NCBI GenBank assembly: GCA_963718395.1
Contig: CAVQYW010000003.1
Span: 4,513-68,512 of the forward strand
Reading direction: 5' to 3'
Length of the DNA: 64,000 nt
Source: an uncultured Acidobacteriaceae bacterium
GTDB taxonomy: Bacteria; Acidobacteriota; Terriglobia; Terriglobales; Acidobacteriaceae
Part shown: piece by piece, positions 19,605 through 29,533 of the stretch
How positions within the stretch are numbered: position 1 is the stretch's first letter
Layout of the letters: each line of letters starts with the position of its first letter
Position numbers and translations under genes: made by a program
The notes under the pieces: generated by a model
Seen by the model: the letters and a program-made list of their open reading frames with translations, nothing else
Databases searched by the model: none
Told to the model about the DNA's origin: nothing

Positions 19605-20062
19605 ATATCAATTCTCCTTCTTGTTGCATCTAGCGTAGGCGCAGGGCTGTTTTCGGGTTTGCATCGCCGAAATCAGACCCTTCGCTCCCAATCATTCACC
19701 TTTATGCTAGCGGGGGAGGAACGCGGCGGGAATTAGCGAGAGGTCGCGATTTCCGTGCGCAAATGAGCTTAGACGCGATTACTCAGAGCGCTTGAAGCAC
19801 TGATAAGACTTTAGTTGGAACTGCCTAAGTAAAGCGAACTCTTACGCTTTCTGGTTCAGCCCTGCCTAGACTAATCTCCTAGTTCAGCCTACAACGTCGG
19901 ATTCACTCCTATTCTCTCCGCATAGTCAATATCCTCACGCCTGATGAGTCGCTACGATTGGAGTTCAGATACCCGGTGCCAGGCTATCTGCGATGTCGCT
20001 GGCGGGGATTCATGGCAGGGAGCAGCTAACCGTGATTCGTGTTGTTGTACAAGGTGATTTCC

Positions 20063-21211
20063 ATGCTCAATAAAAGAACCTCAATTTCGAAGCTGGCAAT
20101 TCTCCTGTTTTTCGTCTCCTCGGCTTCGGGCCTTGATGCACAAGAAGCTTCTTCCGCTGAATCCGGCAAAACCACTGTCCAGAGTCATCCCACTGCGCCG
20201 CTTTTCAAGAACAAGCAAGGCAAGCAGAAGACCTCGGTCTACTACGACCCTGCAACCCAAACTGTGACCCTAAAGGTTATTGTTCAAACCTCCGCTGGCT
20301 ACTTCATTCCCGACCTTCACCCCGATAACTTCGCGGTTTATGAAAATGGAGTTCGGCAGCAAGACGTGGAGGTGCATGTGGAGCATGCGCCGCTGAAGCT
20401 GGGGTTGCTGCTGGAGTATGGCAGCCGCTTTCCTTCCCTGAACGCGATGCTGGGAACTGATGTCAGGGGCGCCGCCCACCAACTGCTGTCGACGCTCACC
20501 CCCGCGGACAGGGTTCAGGCGTGGACGTACGGTGATACTGTGCACAACCTCAACGACAAGTTCGAGGATGCAACCACTGCGGATCAAAGAGTGCGCGGGA
20601 TGGAAGATCCTTCCTTCTCGGAATCGAATCTGTATGACGCCCTCCTGGCCGTTGCAGGCAGGATGAAACTGGTTAAGGGAAATACGGCGATTGTCCTGCT
20701 GTCGTCCGGTATAAACACGTTCAGCAAAGCTACCTACCAGGATGTGGTTAGCAGCCTGAATAACATGGATGTTCCGGTTTACGTTGTGGGACTCACAACG
20801 ATCCTGCGCGCTTATGCAACGACCAACGGTTCTCCAGCGGGCATCGCTTGGCAAAAAGCTGAGCATGACTTGGAAGGGATAGCCACCGCTTCTACAGGCC
20901 GCGCCTACTTCCCCGAGAACATGATTGATCTGGCACCAATCTTCGACGACCTCATAGAGAATCTAAAGGTGCGGTACGTGGTGACCTACAAGTCGCGAGT
21001 TGGTAGCGATCTAAATAGTTCGAGAACGGTGCGCGTCACTCTAGTTGACCCAAGTTCCGGCGCCCCACTGCGCATAGTAGATGAGAATGGCAAGCCAATT
21101 CAGGCAGTCGTCGTTGCTCCGGAAAGCTACATACCGGCACAAGCGTCGCGGCATTTGACGGACACGATGCTTCAGTTTCCGGCTATCAACAACCCCCTTG
21201 GCTATAAATAA
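20063..21211 (+). CDS. secreted VWA-domain protein (acidobacterial VWFA-related type)
   Basis: Signal peptide MLNKRTSISKLAILLFFVSSASG. VWA-like core (LGLLLEYGSRF, AIVLLSSGINTFS, VPVYVVGL). Confidence 0.7.
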   Translation: MLNKRTSISKLAILLFFVSSASGLDAQEASSAESGKTTVQSHPTAPLFKNKQGKQKTSVYYDPATQTVTLKVIVQTSAGYFIPDLHPDNFAVYENGVRQQDVEVHVEHAPLKLGLLLEYGSRFPSLNAMLGTDVRGAAHQLLSTLTPADRVQAWTYGDTVHNLNDKFEDATTADQRVRGMEDPSFSESNLYDALLAVAGRMKLVKGNTAIVLLSSGINTFSKATYQDVVSSLNNMDVPVYVVGLTTILRAYATTNGSPAGIAWQKAEHDLEGIATASTGRAYFPENMIDLAPIFDDLIENLKVRYVVTYKSRVGSDLNSSRTVRVTLVDPSSGAPLRIVDENGKPIQAVVVAPESYIPAQASRHLTDTMLQFPAINNPLGYK

Positions 21212-21562
21212 ATGCCTATCGTGCTCCCCTCTTTTGCATATCGTGCAGATGTAAGGATGATTGAGAGCGGAGGCGGCACGGCCTCCAATCCCGGAAACGC
21301 TCCAAGGTCTGGGGAGCTTGCGCAACGATTCGATAACTCGGGCGGTGTTTGGTGGTTAGTCGCCATCCCATTCCACTTCGTTGTATTGTCGCGGCCGGAA
21401 GGAACGGGTCTGTTTGTCGGCAAGACATAAGTTCAACGATCACTGACAATAACATTCAAGTCGCCCTTTGAGGAGGAGCAGTATGAAGTCGGCCCAGTAT
21501 CGTGCGCCCGCAAATGACGCTGTCGAGAATCGCGCGCGCTTTATTACGCGTCCCCAATTTCA

Positions 21563-22432
21563 CTGCAATTCGATTGCACAATTCCATTCGCCAAGCTCTT
21601 CCTCCTCCTCTCGCTCACGGCGCTTCTCGCATTTCGAGCGACGGCGCAGAACGCTCCGCCCCCGCCTCCTCCACCGGCGCCGGCCGCTCCCGAGCCTGCG
21701 CCGCCTGGCCGGCTCACCGAGAAACAATTGGAAAATCTGGTTAGCCGCATCGCGCTGTATCCCGATCCGCTGCTTGCACAAATCCTGACGGCATCCACCT
21801 ATTGGAACGCAATCCCCGAGGCCGCCGCGTGGGCCGAGGAGCACAGCAACCTCAAAGGCGAAGCACTTGCCAACGCGATTCGTGAAGATAATTTGCAGTG
21901 GGACCCGAGCGTACTCGCGTTGATTCCGTTTCCGTCGGTGCTTGACATGATGGCGAAAGATCCGGCGTGGACCGAGCAGCTCGGCAACGCCGTGCTCGTG
22001 CAGCGCAGCGACGTCATGGACGCCGTGCAGCGTCTGCGCAGACAGGCGCGCAAGTATGGCTACTTGCAGACGAATCCGTACTGCAACGTCGTTGAAACCG
22101 ACGGCTATGTGGAAATCTTGCCAGTCAATCCGGCGTACATCTATGTGCCCTATTACGACCCGTTCGTGGTGTTTGGCCCTCCCCGCCCGGAATTTTTCGT
22201 TGGCGGAGCGATCCGGTGGGGGCCGCCGGTGGTCATCACTGCGGGATTTTTCCCGTTTGGATGGGTGCATCCGTATTTTTTGTGGGGCGCGCACACCATC
22301 TATTTCGATCGCACCCCGTGGAGTCGCATTTGGGTGAATCGCGGCTACTACCGTCAACCGTACGCACATCCGTGGGTCCCACGGCCAGGGCCTCGCGTCG
22401 AAGTGCACCCTCCCGTCCACGTGAAGAAATAG
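21563..22432 (+). CDS. DUF3300-family secreted protein; 5' end unresolved
   Basis: LVSRIALYPDPLLAQILTASTYW and C-terminal blocks. A signal peptide (KLFLLLSLTALLAFRATAQ) and a Pro-rich linker lie upstream of the first ATG (21728), with no ATG/GTG/TTG in frame. The start is either CTG 21563 or ATG 21483 (strong GAGGAGGAG RBS, other frame) with a 1-nt indel near 21575-21590. Confidence 0.7.
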   Translation: MQFDCTIPFAKLFLLLSLTALLAFRATAQNAPPPPPPPAPAAPEPAPPGRLTEKQLENLVSRIALYPDPLLAQILTASTYWNAIPEAAAWAEEHSNLKGEALANAIREDNLQWDPSVLALIPFPSVLDMMAKDPAWTEQLGNAVLVQRSDVMDAVQRLRRQARKYGYLQTNPYCNVVETDGYVEILPVNPAYIYVPYYDPFVVFGPPRPEFFVGGAIRWGPPVVITAGFFPFGWVHPYFLWGAHTIYFDRTPWSRIWVNRGYYRQPYAHPWVPRPGPRVEVHPPVHVKK

Positions 22433-22573
22433 ATCGCCACCCTCCCGGCAGCAACAAGCGTCCGGAATGAGGCAGGCGACCACAAATCACAACTCGCAGT
22501 CGTTCGAACGCTTTACAGGATCCGATAGTCTCACTTCGCCCCGGAGCGGCGGACTGCGTATGACGGCGGCTGG

Positions 22574-23533
22574 ATGAATGATTTCATAAAAGAGGCTGTT
22601 TCACTTTCACTCGTCGGCAAGTGCGTTGCGGCAGTTGTTGGAATCCTGTTCATCCACGCCACGTTTCGGGTGCTCGAACAAACGCTGCCCAGGCGCTTTG
22701 GCCGGGCCGACGCGCGTTACAGGGTCCGCAAGTTCGTGGTCTTTTGCGGATACCTTGCGATTCTACTTTTCCTCGCCATCCTATTTGAAGATCGCTTGGG
22801 TCGGCTCAGCTTTGCTTTGGGTGTCGCTGGCGCGGGTGTGGCAGTGGCCCTCCAGGACGTGCTGGCCAGCATCGCAGGTGCTTTCTCGATCGGTTTTTCA
22901 AAACTGTATACCGTGGGCGACAGAGTTCAGATCGGCGATATTCGCGGTGACGTGATCGACATCGGACTCCTGCGAACAACGTTGATGGAAACGGGGAACT
23001 GGGTCAGCAAGGACTTACACAACGGCCGGATCGCTCGCATCCCCAACAGCACTGTCTTGAAAGGGTCTGTCTTCAACTACTCGCAGGGATTCCGGTTTAT
23101 CTGGGACGAGATTAAAGTTGTGCTTACAGGCACCAGCGACTCCCAATTTGCCAGGGCGATGCTTTTGAGGGTAGCCAAAGAAGCGATTGGTGAGTACCTG
23201 TTGGAGGCACAGTCCTCCTGGAAAACTATGAGCGAAAATTATCACAGCGAAAATCCTCCGTTAGAACCTACCGTCGCCCTAGCCGTAAAATCCGGGTCGC
23301 TCGAATTCACCGTCAGCTATGTTGTGGACTACACCAAGCGGACTGCCATGCAAGATCGGTTGTTCACGAAAATCGCAGAGGAAGTGACGGATAGCAACGG
23401 ACGGTTCCAATGGGCATCATCGGCAATTACTGCCATAAGCCAGCCGGTGACTTCGGACCCGATCGAAGCCCGTCAGGCATCATCGAGCCGCAGCGCGGGC
23501 GAAGCGGCGGGTTCCGTAAATCGTGATCGATGA
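22574..23533 (+). CDS. mechanosensitive ion channel (MscS family)
   Basis: Three N-terminal TM spans and the MscS beta-domain motif YTVGDRVQIGDIRGDVIDIGLLRTTLME. Confidence 0.85.
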   Translation: MNDFIKEAVSLSLVGKCVAAVVGILFIHATFRVLEQTLPRRFGRADARYRVRKFVVFCGYLAILLFLAILFEDRLGRLSFALGVAGAGVAVALQDVLASIAGAFSIGFSKLYTVGDRVQIGDIRGDVIDIGLLRTTLMETGNWVSKDLHNGRIARIPNSTVLKGSVFNYSQGFRFIWDEIKVVLTGTSDSQFARAMLLRVAKEAIGEYLLEAQSSWKTMSENYHSENPPLEPTVALAVKSGSLEFTVSYVVDYTKRTAMQDRLFTKIAEEVTDSNGRFQWASSAITAISQPVTSDPIEARQASSSRSAGEAAGSVNRDR

Positions 23534-23848
23534 GAAAGTGCCTGTGGAATGTGACGAGAACAGGTGCCGCGACCACCGGTTGTCAGAATCAAAAGCTTGG
23601 GGACAAATCGGGAAGGAGCGACTATTTCGCCCGGCAATGGTATTGCAACTCCTTGACGGTAGCGCGAACGTGATGCAGCGCTGGACAATGCTGGAGCAGA
23701 TCCCGGGCACAAAGCACGGAACCGCGGGAGGCGACAGGGTTACGTTGACGCTGCAGTGACGGCGCGTGACTTCCACCAAGCGCCAGAGTGCCGCGGCAAA
23801 GATGAGGTTCACAGCCAGCCCCAAGACACCCACGATTGGAGGAAGCCA

Positions 23849-24784
23849 GTGTCAAAGACGGACGAAAAGGACAAGAAAGGCCAAGGGCCCGGTAACGGCT
23901 CTGCTGCGGCCCTTGCCCCCTGCAGTGACGGCCATCCCCAGGATGTTGTCCAGTACCTTGAGGCCAAGCTCATCCTGAAGCCTGACCGCTTTGTTTCGGT
24001 GGAGAGCTTCCGCGACTTCGGGAAACTCGTGCAACGCACAGCGAAGAAGGTCGCGGTTGGGTTTGTCAGCGATCCCAAGGCTGGGCGAAGGCCGGAGATC
24101 AGGGAGATCACCTTCTTCGACACTCCAGACTTCCGCCTCTATAACAATGCCTTCATCCTGCGGCGACGCGTTTCGTACGTTGACGGCTTCCCGGTAGGCG
24201 ATCCGGAAATGGTTTTCAAGTTCCGCCATCCAGACCAACAGCAGTCCGCGTGCATGGACGTGCGGCCCAACATCGCAGGAGCCTATCGCATTAAGTTCAA
24301 GGCTGAGTTCCTACCCCTGAAGGATGAAATCGGCGGATACCGTGTCCTGTACTCACACAACTGCGTCTTTGGTCTGAGCCAGATGCACGATGCGGACAAG
24401 AAGTCGATGGGGACCCTGGCCCGTGTGTTTCCGGTGCTCGCCAGTCTGAAGAAATCAGACGATGAGAAGGTCGGTCTGGTGAACGAGGGGATTGTTGAGG
24501 AAGTGCTGCTGGAACTCGGAGAGTTGGACTTCAGTAAAGGGATCGTGGCCCACTGCAATGTGGCGCTGTGGCGGACACGCGGCGAACACATGCCACTGGT
24601 GGGAGAGTTTGCCTACCAGGCCAAGTTCTCAAGGCAAGAGGACGTCGCTCAGAAACCGAAGAAGGTGTACGAGCAGTTTTTCATCTCGCTGCAGCAGGAC
24701 GTGCAAGACTGGCTGATGCTGGGCGTGACCAAGACGGCGATGGTGTACCGCCTTAAAGGAAATGCACCCCAAAGCCATGAGTGA
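23849..24784 (+). CDS. hypothetical protein, CYTH-like (triphosphate tunnel) features
   Basis: YLEAKLILK near the N-terminus and EITFFDTPDFRLYNNAFILRRRV resemble CYTH strands 1-3. GTG 23849 follows GGAGGAAG; the ORF opens at 23756. Confidence 0.4.
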   Translation: MSKTDEKDKKGQGPGNGSAAALAPCSDGHPQDVVQYLEAKLILKPDRFVSVESFRDFGKLVQRTAKKVAVGFVSDPKAGRRPEIREITFFDTPDFRLYNNAFILRRRVSYVDGFPVGDPEMVFKFRHPDQQQSACMDVRPNIAGAYRIKFKAEFLPLKDEIGGYRVLYSHNCVFGLSQMHDADKKSMGTLARVFPVLASLKKSDDEKVGLVNEGIVEEVLLELGELDFSKGIVAHCNVALWRTRGEHMPLVGEFAYQAKFSRQEDVAQKPKKVYEQFFISLQQDVQDWLMLGVTKTAMVYRLKGNAPQSHE

Positions 24785-25320
24785 GAGGGCCACAACCCGC
24801 TCGTGTGATCGCCGCCCGCCTGTGCCTACCAATAACCCGCTTCTCCTATGAAATGTCGCCTGCCGACGAAATACTTAGCTCCACGGTTTGCTTAACTGGA
24901 TCAAACTAGGTTAATCGTAGGACCAACAATATCGGGCGGAGTCGAGGGCCTCCGGCGCCGCGGCCTCTTCGACGAACTAACGGGAGCGGCTTACGGCCAC
25001 TTTACCGCGAGCGCGCAGATCTCCTCTGTGCCGATGTCGCGGGTGAATACCGGCGAGCCGTCGGGAGCAACACTCACCTGTGTCTGGTCGCCCGCGGTCG
25101 TGGCACGAGGCAAGTCCTTCAAATTGCCTAGGGCTTCCACTTTAAGAAGCAGTCGGAGACTTTGGGGAGTGCACCCGTCCCAGAGCGACGCGGGAGGGGG
25201 ACGAAATGATCCCAAACAGGCATAACTTCGTCTGGGGGTGAATGCGACCCTGGACTCGCCTTGAATGCGAGGGTCGGAGGTTTCGTGAAACGAAGAATAG
25301 CGGTAGCTATAGGAAAAAAT

Positions 25321-25397
25321 TGGTCGGGACGGGCAGATTTGAACTGCCGACCCCTCGCACCCCAAGCGAGTGCTCTACCAGGCTGAGCCACGTCCCG
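25321..25397 (-). tRNA. tRNA-Pro (anticodon GGG)
   Basis: Manual cloverleaf: acceptor CGGGACG/CGTCCCG, D arm GCTC/GAGC, anticodon stem CTCGC/GCGAG with loop TTGGGGT, T arm GGCAG-TTCAAAT-CTGCC, encoded ACCA end. Confidence 0.93.
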
Positions 25398-25628
25398 ATT
25401 CAAGGAGGTAACCGGCCGCTTCGCAACCGGGGGGTGTTGGGAACTTCAATAGTTTAACACTCCGCGGGCGCAGTCGCGATGGTCGCACTCATTTCCCCCA
25501 AACCCACCCATTCCATCCCAAGAACCAGTTAGGCACCTGCAGCTTCGGAACTCGCCTGCTCCGCAACAATTTGTAAATGTTGATATGCTTTCGGCATCGT
25601 TATCGGCGAAATTGCCTTCGAAGGAAGC

Positions 25629-26273
25629 ATGACCTCAATCCAGCCGCACTCCTGTGAAAGCGTAATCTCCATCGCCGACGAGCCGCATCATCATCTGGAG
25701 ATCGACAACGAGTGGGTACGGGCCTACGCGGTGCAGATTGAGCCCGGTCAATACACGCTGTGCCATTTGCACCCCTGGCCTTACCTGATGTACGTCGCGG
25801 GTGACGCCGACATCATCAGCACGCCGCGTGGTGGCCAGGCGGAGAAGCAACAATTCGCCCCTGACTATTGCGACCTGCATCCCGCCGGGCTGGAGCACGT
25901 GGTGGAGAACGTGAGCAGCACGCCGTTCCGGGCCATGATTTTCGAGCTGCTGCCCGCGGCTGGTAAGCTGCGCCGTCCCGGACCAGCCTCCGGCCATGTT
26001 GCCGGCGTACGTAGCACAACCCTCTACTCCGGCGACGTCATCTGCGCGCAGTTGATCGAGCTTAATTCCGGGTCACAGGCACAGATTACCGGCGCTGCCG
26101 TTCTGGCTACGCCCTACGAAGACACGGTGGAATTCATCAGCCCGGAGCATGGTACGCGCAAGCTGGAACGCCTTCGCCAACTGGAATATCTGCCCACCGG
26201 CTCAACCGGTTTGCTGCGCTGCGAGTCCGGAGGTCCGGCGCGGGTGCTGGTCGTCACCTTGGGATGCGACTGA
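25629..26273 (+). CDS. cupin-like hypothetical protein
   Basis: 214-aa ORF. His-rich beta-barrel-like segment (HHHLEIDNEWVRAYAVQIEPGQYTLCHLHPWPYLMYV ... LHPAGLEHVVEN). Confidence 0.5.
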   Translation: MTSIQPHSCESVISIADEPHHHLEIDNEWVRAYAVQIEPGQYTLCHLHPWPYLMYVAGDADIISTPRGGQAEKQQFAPDYCDLHPAGLEHVVENVSSTPFRAMIFELLPAAGKLRRPGPASGHVAGVRSTTLYSGDVICAQLIELNSGSQAQITGAAVLATPYEDTVEFISPEHGTRKLERLRQLEYLPTGSTGLLRCESGGPARVLVVTLGCD

Positions 26274-26298
26274 TCGCCCGCACCGGGACCAACCGCCT

Positions 26299-26829
26299 TT
26301 AAGCGCTTACTGCGACATTACCGGAGGTTGACGATGTGGTGGCATCGGTCTGCCCCAAGGTTTGCAGCTGCTGCTGCAAAGTGGTGTAGGCCTGCTGCGC
26401 TCCGCTGAGATTACCGGCTTGCAACTGCTGCCCCAACTGTTGCAGCATCTGGCTCAAGTCGTTGCCGCCACCGCCGCCGCCACCGTGATGATGATGGTGG
26501 TGCACCGACCCGGAAGCCGTGGCTGAAACCTGCTGCTGAATCTGCGTGTAATCCTGCTGTGCGGCGGTGGTGTTGCCTGATTGCAGGTCGGTACCCAGCT
26601 GGTTAAATTCCTGCGTCAGGGAGTTGTTGCTTTGGCTCGATGTGGTGGAACCAATCTGCGGGGCCATCTGTTGCAATGTGGCAAAGTCCGACTGCGCCGC
26701 CGACATGTTTCCTGACTGAAGATCCTGCCCGAGCTGTTCCATGCTCTGCTGAAACTTCTGGCGGTTGCTCTGCATGGTTTGCCCGCTGTAATGTAAAAGG
26801 GTGCTGCTTGCGATACTCGTGATCGACAT
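26299..26829 (-). CDS. Gln/Ser/Thr-rich repeat protein with a native His6-Gly7 tract
   Basis: Three copies of the unit LGxDLQSGNxxAAQxDYxxLQQ, with VHHHHHHGGGGGGG between copies 2 and 3 encoded by mixed CAC/CAT and GGT/GGC codons. Confidence 0.6.
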   Translation of the reverse strand: MSITSIASSTLLHYSGQTMQSNRQKFQQSMEQLGQDLQSGNMSAAQSDFATLQQMAPQIGSTTSSQSNNSLTQEFNQLGTDLQSGNTTAAQQDYTQIQQQVSATASGSVHHHHHHGGGGGGGNDLSQMLQQLGQQLQAGNLSGAQQAYTTLQQQLQTLGQTDATTSSTSGNVAVSA

Positions 26830-27051
26830 AAATCACCTCCGGCGGCGCGCTCTGATCTCGCGAGTAAATCCGCAGATCGAGCTTTTTCCGCCATCACAGT
26901 GACTGGATGATTGCAAGTGGGTGGCCACGCCTTGCATGGGCAAAATCCGCAAGCTACTGAATCTTCGCTGCCGTGCGCCGGCGGCTTCTAAGACTTTTCT
27001 AACTCCTCATGAAAACCCGGTTACTGACGCTGTTATGCGACAATCAAGGCT

Positions 27052-27831
27052 ATGCCAAAATTCCTGTCGATACGCTTCTTTCTGAGCCTCGCTCTGCTGT
27101 TTTCTGCGGCGGCGATGGCGCAGCAAACCTCTACCGCACCTGCCAAGTCCGCGAAGCCTGCCGCGCAAACCGGATCAGCCACTACCAGCGGCTCGGCGGC
27201 GGGATCTCCCTATACCACCGACAAACAGAAGGCCAGCTATGCCATTGGCCAAAATATCGGAAACTCTCTGAAACACGACCAGTTGGACGTTGACCCGAAC
27301 ATCGTGGCGCAGGGTCTGAAAGACTCCATGACCGGCGCCACCAGCAAGATCAGCGAAGCCGACATGCAGGCGGCAATGAACACGCTGCGCACCGAGGCCA
27401 TCGCGCACCGGCAGGCGGAGCAGCAGCAGGCCGGCGAGGTCAACAAGAAGGCAGGCGATGCGTTTCTGGCAGCCAACAAAACCAAGGAAGGTGTGGTCAC
27501 CTTGCCCGACGGTCTGCAATACAAGATTCTGAAAGAGGGTACCGGGCCCAAGCCCAAAGCCAGCGATACGGTAACCGTCAACTACCGTGGAACCCTCCTC
27601 GACGGCACTGAGTTCGACAGCTCTGCGAAGCACGGTGAAGCTGCGACGCTCGGCGTCGGGCAGGTCATCAAGGGATGGACGGAAGCCCTGCAGTTGATGC
27701 CGGTCGGCTCCAAGTGGCAGCTTTATATCCCTTCCAACCTGGCCTATGGGGCGCAGGGCGCCGGTGGCGTAATCGGCCCGGATTCGACGCTGATCTTCGA
27801 CGTCGAACTGCTCTCCATCAAAGGACAGTAG
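27052..27831 (+). CDS. fkpA: FKBP-type peptidyl-prolyl isomerase (FkpA/Mip-like)
   Basis: Signal peptide, long N-terminal helix region, FKBP core GLQYKILKEGTGPKPKASDTVTVNYRGTLLDGTEFDSS ... VIKGWTEALQLMPVGSKWQLYIPSNLAYG ... LIFDVELLSIK. Confidence 0.92.
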   Translation: MPKFLSIRFFLSLALLFSAAAMAQQTSTAPAKSAKPAAQTGSATTSGSAAGSPYTTDKQKASYAIGQNIGNSLKHDQLDVDPNIVAQGLKDSMTGATSKISEADMQAAMNTLRTEAIAHRQAEQQQAGEVNKKAGDAFLAANKTKEGVVTLPDGLQYKILKEGTGPKPKASDTVTVNYRGTLLDGTEFDSSAKHGEAATLGVGQVIKGWTEALQLMPVGSKWQLYIPSNLAYGAQGAGGVIGPDSTLIFDVELLSIKGQ

Positions 27832-28049
27832 TCGAGCCTCGATTTTGCGTCTGGCAGGAATTGCGAGCGCCCGGGCAGAGTCAGCCTTCAGGCCGGCGTT
27901 CGCTGGGCCGCTTTGGATACGGGTTGCGGCGGTCATTTGCAGAATGACCACCGCAGCCCGCATCGCGAAAATCGCCCTTGACGCGGGCCTCAAGGCACCG
28001 CACTACCGGACCTACCGCATCTGAAATTGGCTGCCCATAAAGAACCTTC

Positions 28050-28742
28050 ATGATGCCCTCGTCTCCCTTCAACTGGCGCGCCTGCGACGCGTATCTGTTC
28101 GACATCGATGGAACGTTGCTCAACACGCATGATGGCGTGCACTACAACTCATTCCACACCGCGCTCCGCGAGGTCTATGGATGCGAGGGCCGCATCGACA
28201 ATGTCCCCGTACACGGCAACACCGACATCGGCATCTTGCGGGCTGCGTTAAAGCATCACGGTTGGCTGCGTGACGACGAGTTCGAAGTCCGGCTGCCCCA
28301 AGCCTTGGAGATGATGCGCGCCGAGGTTGAGCGCAACGCCGATCGCATGCGCCCTGAGCTTTGCCCGTCAGTCGCCGAACTGCTGCGCGCACTCCATAAC
28401 GACGGCAAGCTGCTGGGTATAGTTACGGGAAATCTGGAGCGGATTGGCTGGATTAAGCTGGAGCGGGCCGACATCCGCAAGTATTTCGACTTCGGCTCGT
28501 TCAGCGACGCGCGCGAGAAGCGTGAAGACATTTTTCGCTACGGCGTCGAGCAGGGCCGCAACCTTCGCGGGCCAGATACGACTGTTTGTTTCATCGGCGA
28601 CACTCCGGCAGACATTCGTGCGGCTAACCTGCTTGGATTGCCGATCATCGCGGTGGCTACAGGCATATATTCCTACGCCGAGCTCGAGGCTAACGCTCCT
28701 CAAGTCTGTGTCGAAACCATGAGAGAGCTGCTGATCTCCTAA
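28050..28742 (+). CDS. HAD-superfamily hydrolase
   Basis: Motif I YLFDIDGTLLNT and motif IV CFIGDTPADIRAA. Confidence 0.8.
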   Translation: MMPSSPFNWRACDAYLFDIDGTLLNTHDGVHYNSFHTALREVYGCEGRIDNVPVHGNTDIGILRAALKHHGWLRDDEFEVRLPQALEMMRAEVERNADRMRPELCPSVAELLRALHNDGKLLGIVTGNLERIGWIKLERADIRKYFDFGSFSDAREKREDIFRYGVEQGRNLRGPDTTVCFIGDTPADIRAANLLGLPIIAVATGIYSYAELEANAPQVCVETMRELLIS

Positions 28743-28913
28743 AGAGCACCGAAATCTCCAAAAGAATAAAGCGACGCAGGCAACCGGGTGCTATAGTGGC
28801 TGACCTCGGGACAGTCAGCTATAGAAATCCCAGCCAATGGGCGGGCCTGGCGAAGCCGTGTCGAGAACGACAAACGCCGAGTCAGGTTGGAGCTTTAGAA
28901 GGAGGACATAGCG

Positions 28914-29441
28914 ATGCTGACGAAAGATAGGGCTCGGGTTCTCGCATCTCTGGGGTTCATCCTCGCTTTCCTGACCACAGCTGGGATGCTGGCGTACGCG
29001 CAAGTCGGCGTAGCGTTCGTGGTGATCGACAGCAAGGGCAAGATACTCGGGCCGGTGGTAGGTGTCTGGCCGGGCGGCGATCTGTATGGGCAAACCACCG
29101 TGGAATTACCTTACAAAGGAGGGAAGTGGCTTACCGTGACTGTGCAAAGGAATGGATTTACACCCGGCGATCTGTTGTCCTTCACTTCCTCCGATTGCAC
29201 AGGGCAGGCTTACCTTTATCCGCCGGACACGAGCCCATTTCCCCTGACTGAGACTTCAGCAAAGGACAACTACGTCTACGTAGAGTCCGGGCCGCCGGAG
29301 CAGGTGACACTCAATTCAGGAATAGCGGACAATGGCCAGTGCTACCTCAGCGCGTATAGCGGAACTGCGGTTCCGATGAATGCAGCAATCAATCTGGGCA
29401 TTTTTACGCCACCGTTTAGCGTCGTGCGCAAGAATTGGTGA
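28914..29441 (+). CDS. secreted hypothetical protein
   Basis: 175 aa. N-terminal hydrophobic signal LASLGFILAFLTTAGMLAYA. GGAGGA RBS. Confidence 0.55.
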   Translation: MLTKDRARVLASLGFILAFLTTAGMLAYAQVGVAFVVIDSKGKILGPVVGVWPGGDLYGQTTVELPYKGGKWLTVTVQRNGFTPGDLLSFTSSDCTGQAYLYPPDTSPFPLTETSAKDNYVYVESGPPEQVTLNSGIADNGQCYLSAYSGTAVPMNAAINLGIFTPPFSVVRKNW

Positions 29442-29533
29442 GCCAGTTGCCCTGAGGGAGCGAGGGCAGACAGTCACTTGTAGGTGCAATTGCGTTCTTT
29501 GTGTCATCTGTAATTGAGTAGTGATACAGTCCG

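Noticed and set aside
21560-22483. 307-aa minus-strand ORF
   Set aside because: It is antisense to the DUF3300 gene, whose translation carries clear family blocks. The antisense product is Arg/Pro-rich with no motifs.
25232-25300. tRNA-like fragment on the plus strand next to tRNA-Pro (CTCGC-CTTGAAT-GCGAG followed by GGTCGGAGG)
   Set aside because: It resembles an anticodon arm and the start of a T arm, but no acceptor, D or T stems can be paired. It is also inverted relative to tRNA-Pro, so it is not an att-type direct repeat. No integrase is nearby.
24991-25365. 124-aa minus-strand ORF
   Set aside because: Its 5' part overlaps the tRNA-Pro gene, and the rest has no motif or convincing start. 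It is treated as non-coding spacer.
25321-25397. tRNA-Pro as an integration site for a genomic island
   Set aside because: There is no integrase, no direct repeat of the tRNA 3' end, and no obvious compositional break on either side within several kb.
26470-26512. His6 tract as an engineered affinity tag or vector contamination
   Set aside because: The tract is internal to the ORF, followed by Gly7, encoded by mixed codons, and has no flanking vector, protease-site or linker sequence. It is judged native.
27175-27993. 272-aa minus-strand ORF, and similar long antisense ORFs at 30089-30892, 35319-36245, 41823-42644, 56345-57337 and 59746-60345
   Set aside because: Each overlaps a gene with strong family signatures on the other strand (fkpA, secretin, TPR protein, S53 peptidase, amtB, glnD). 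All were judged to be shadow ORFs.
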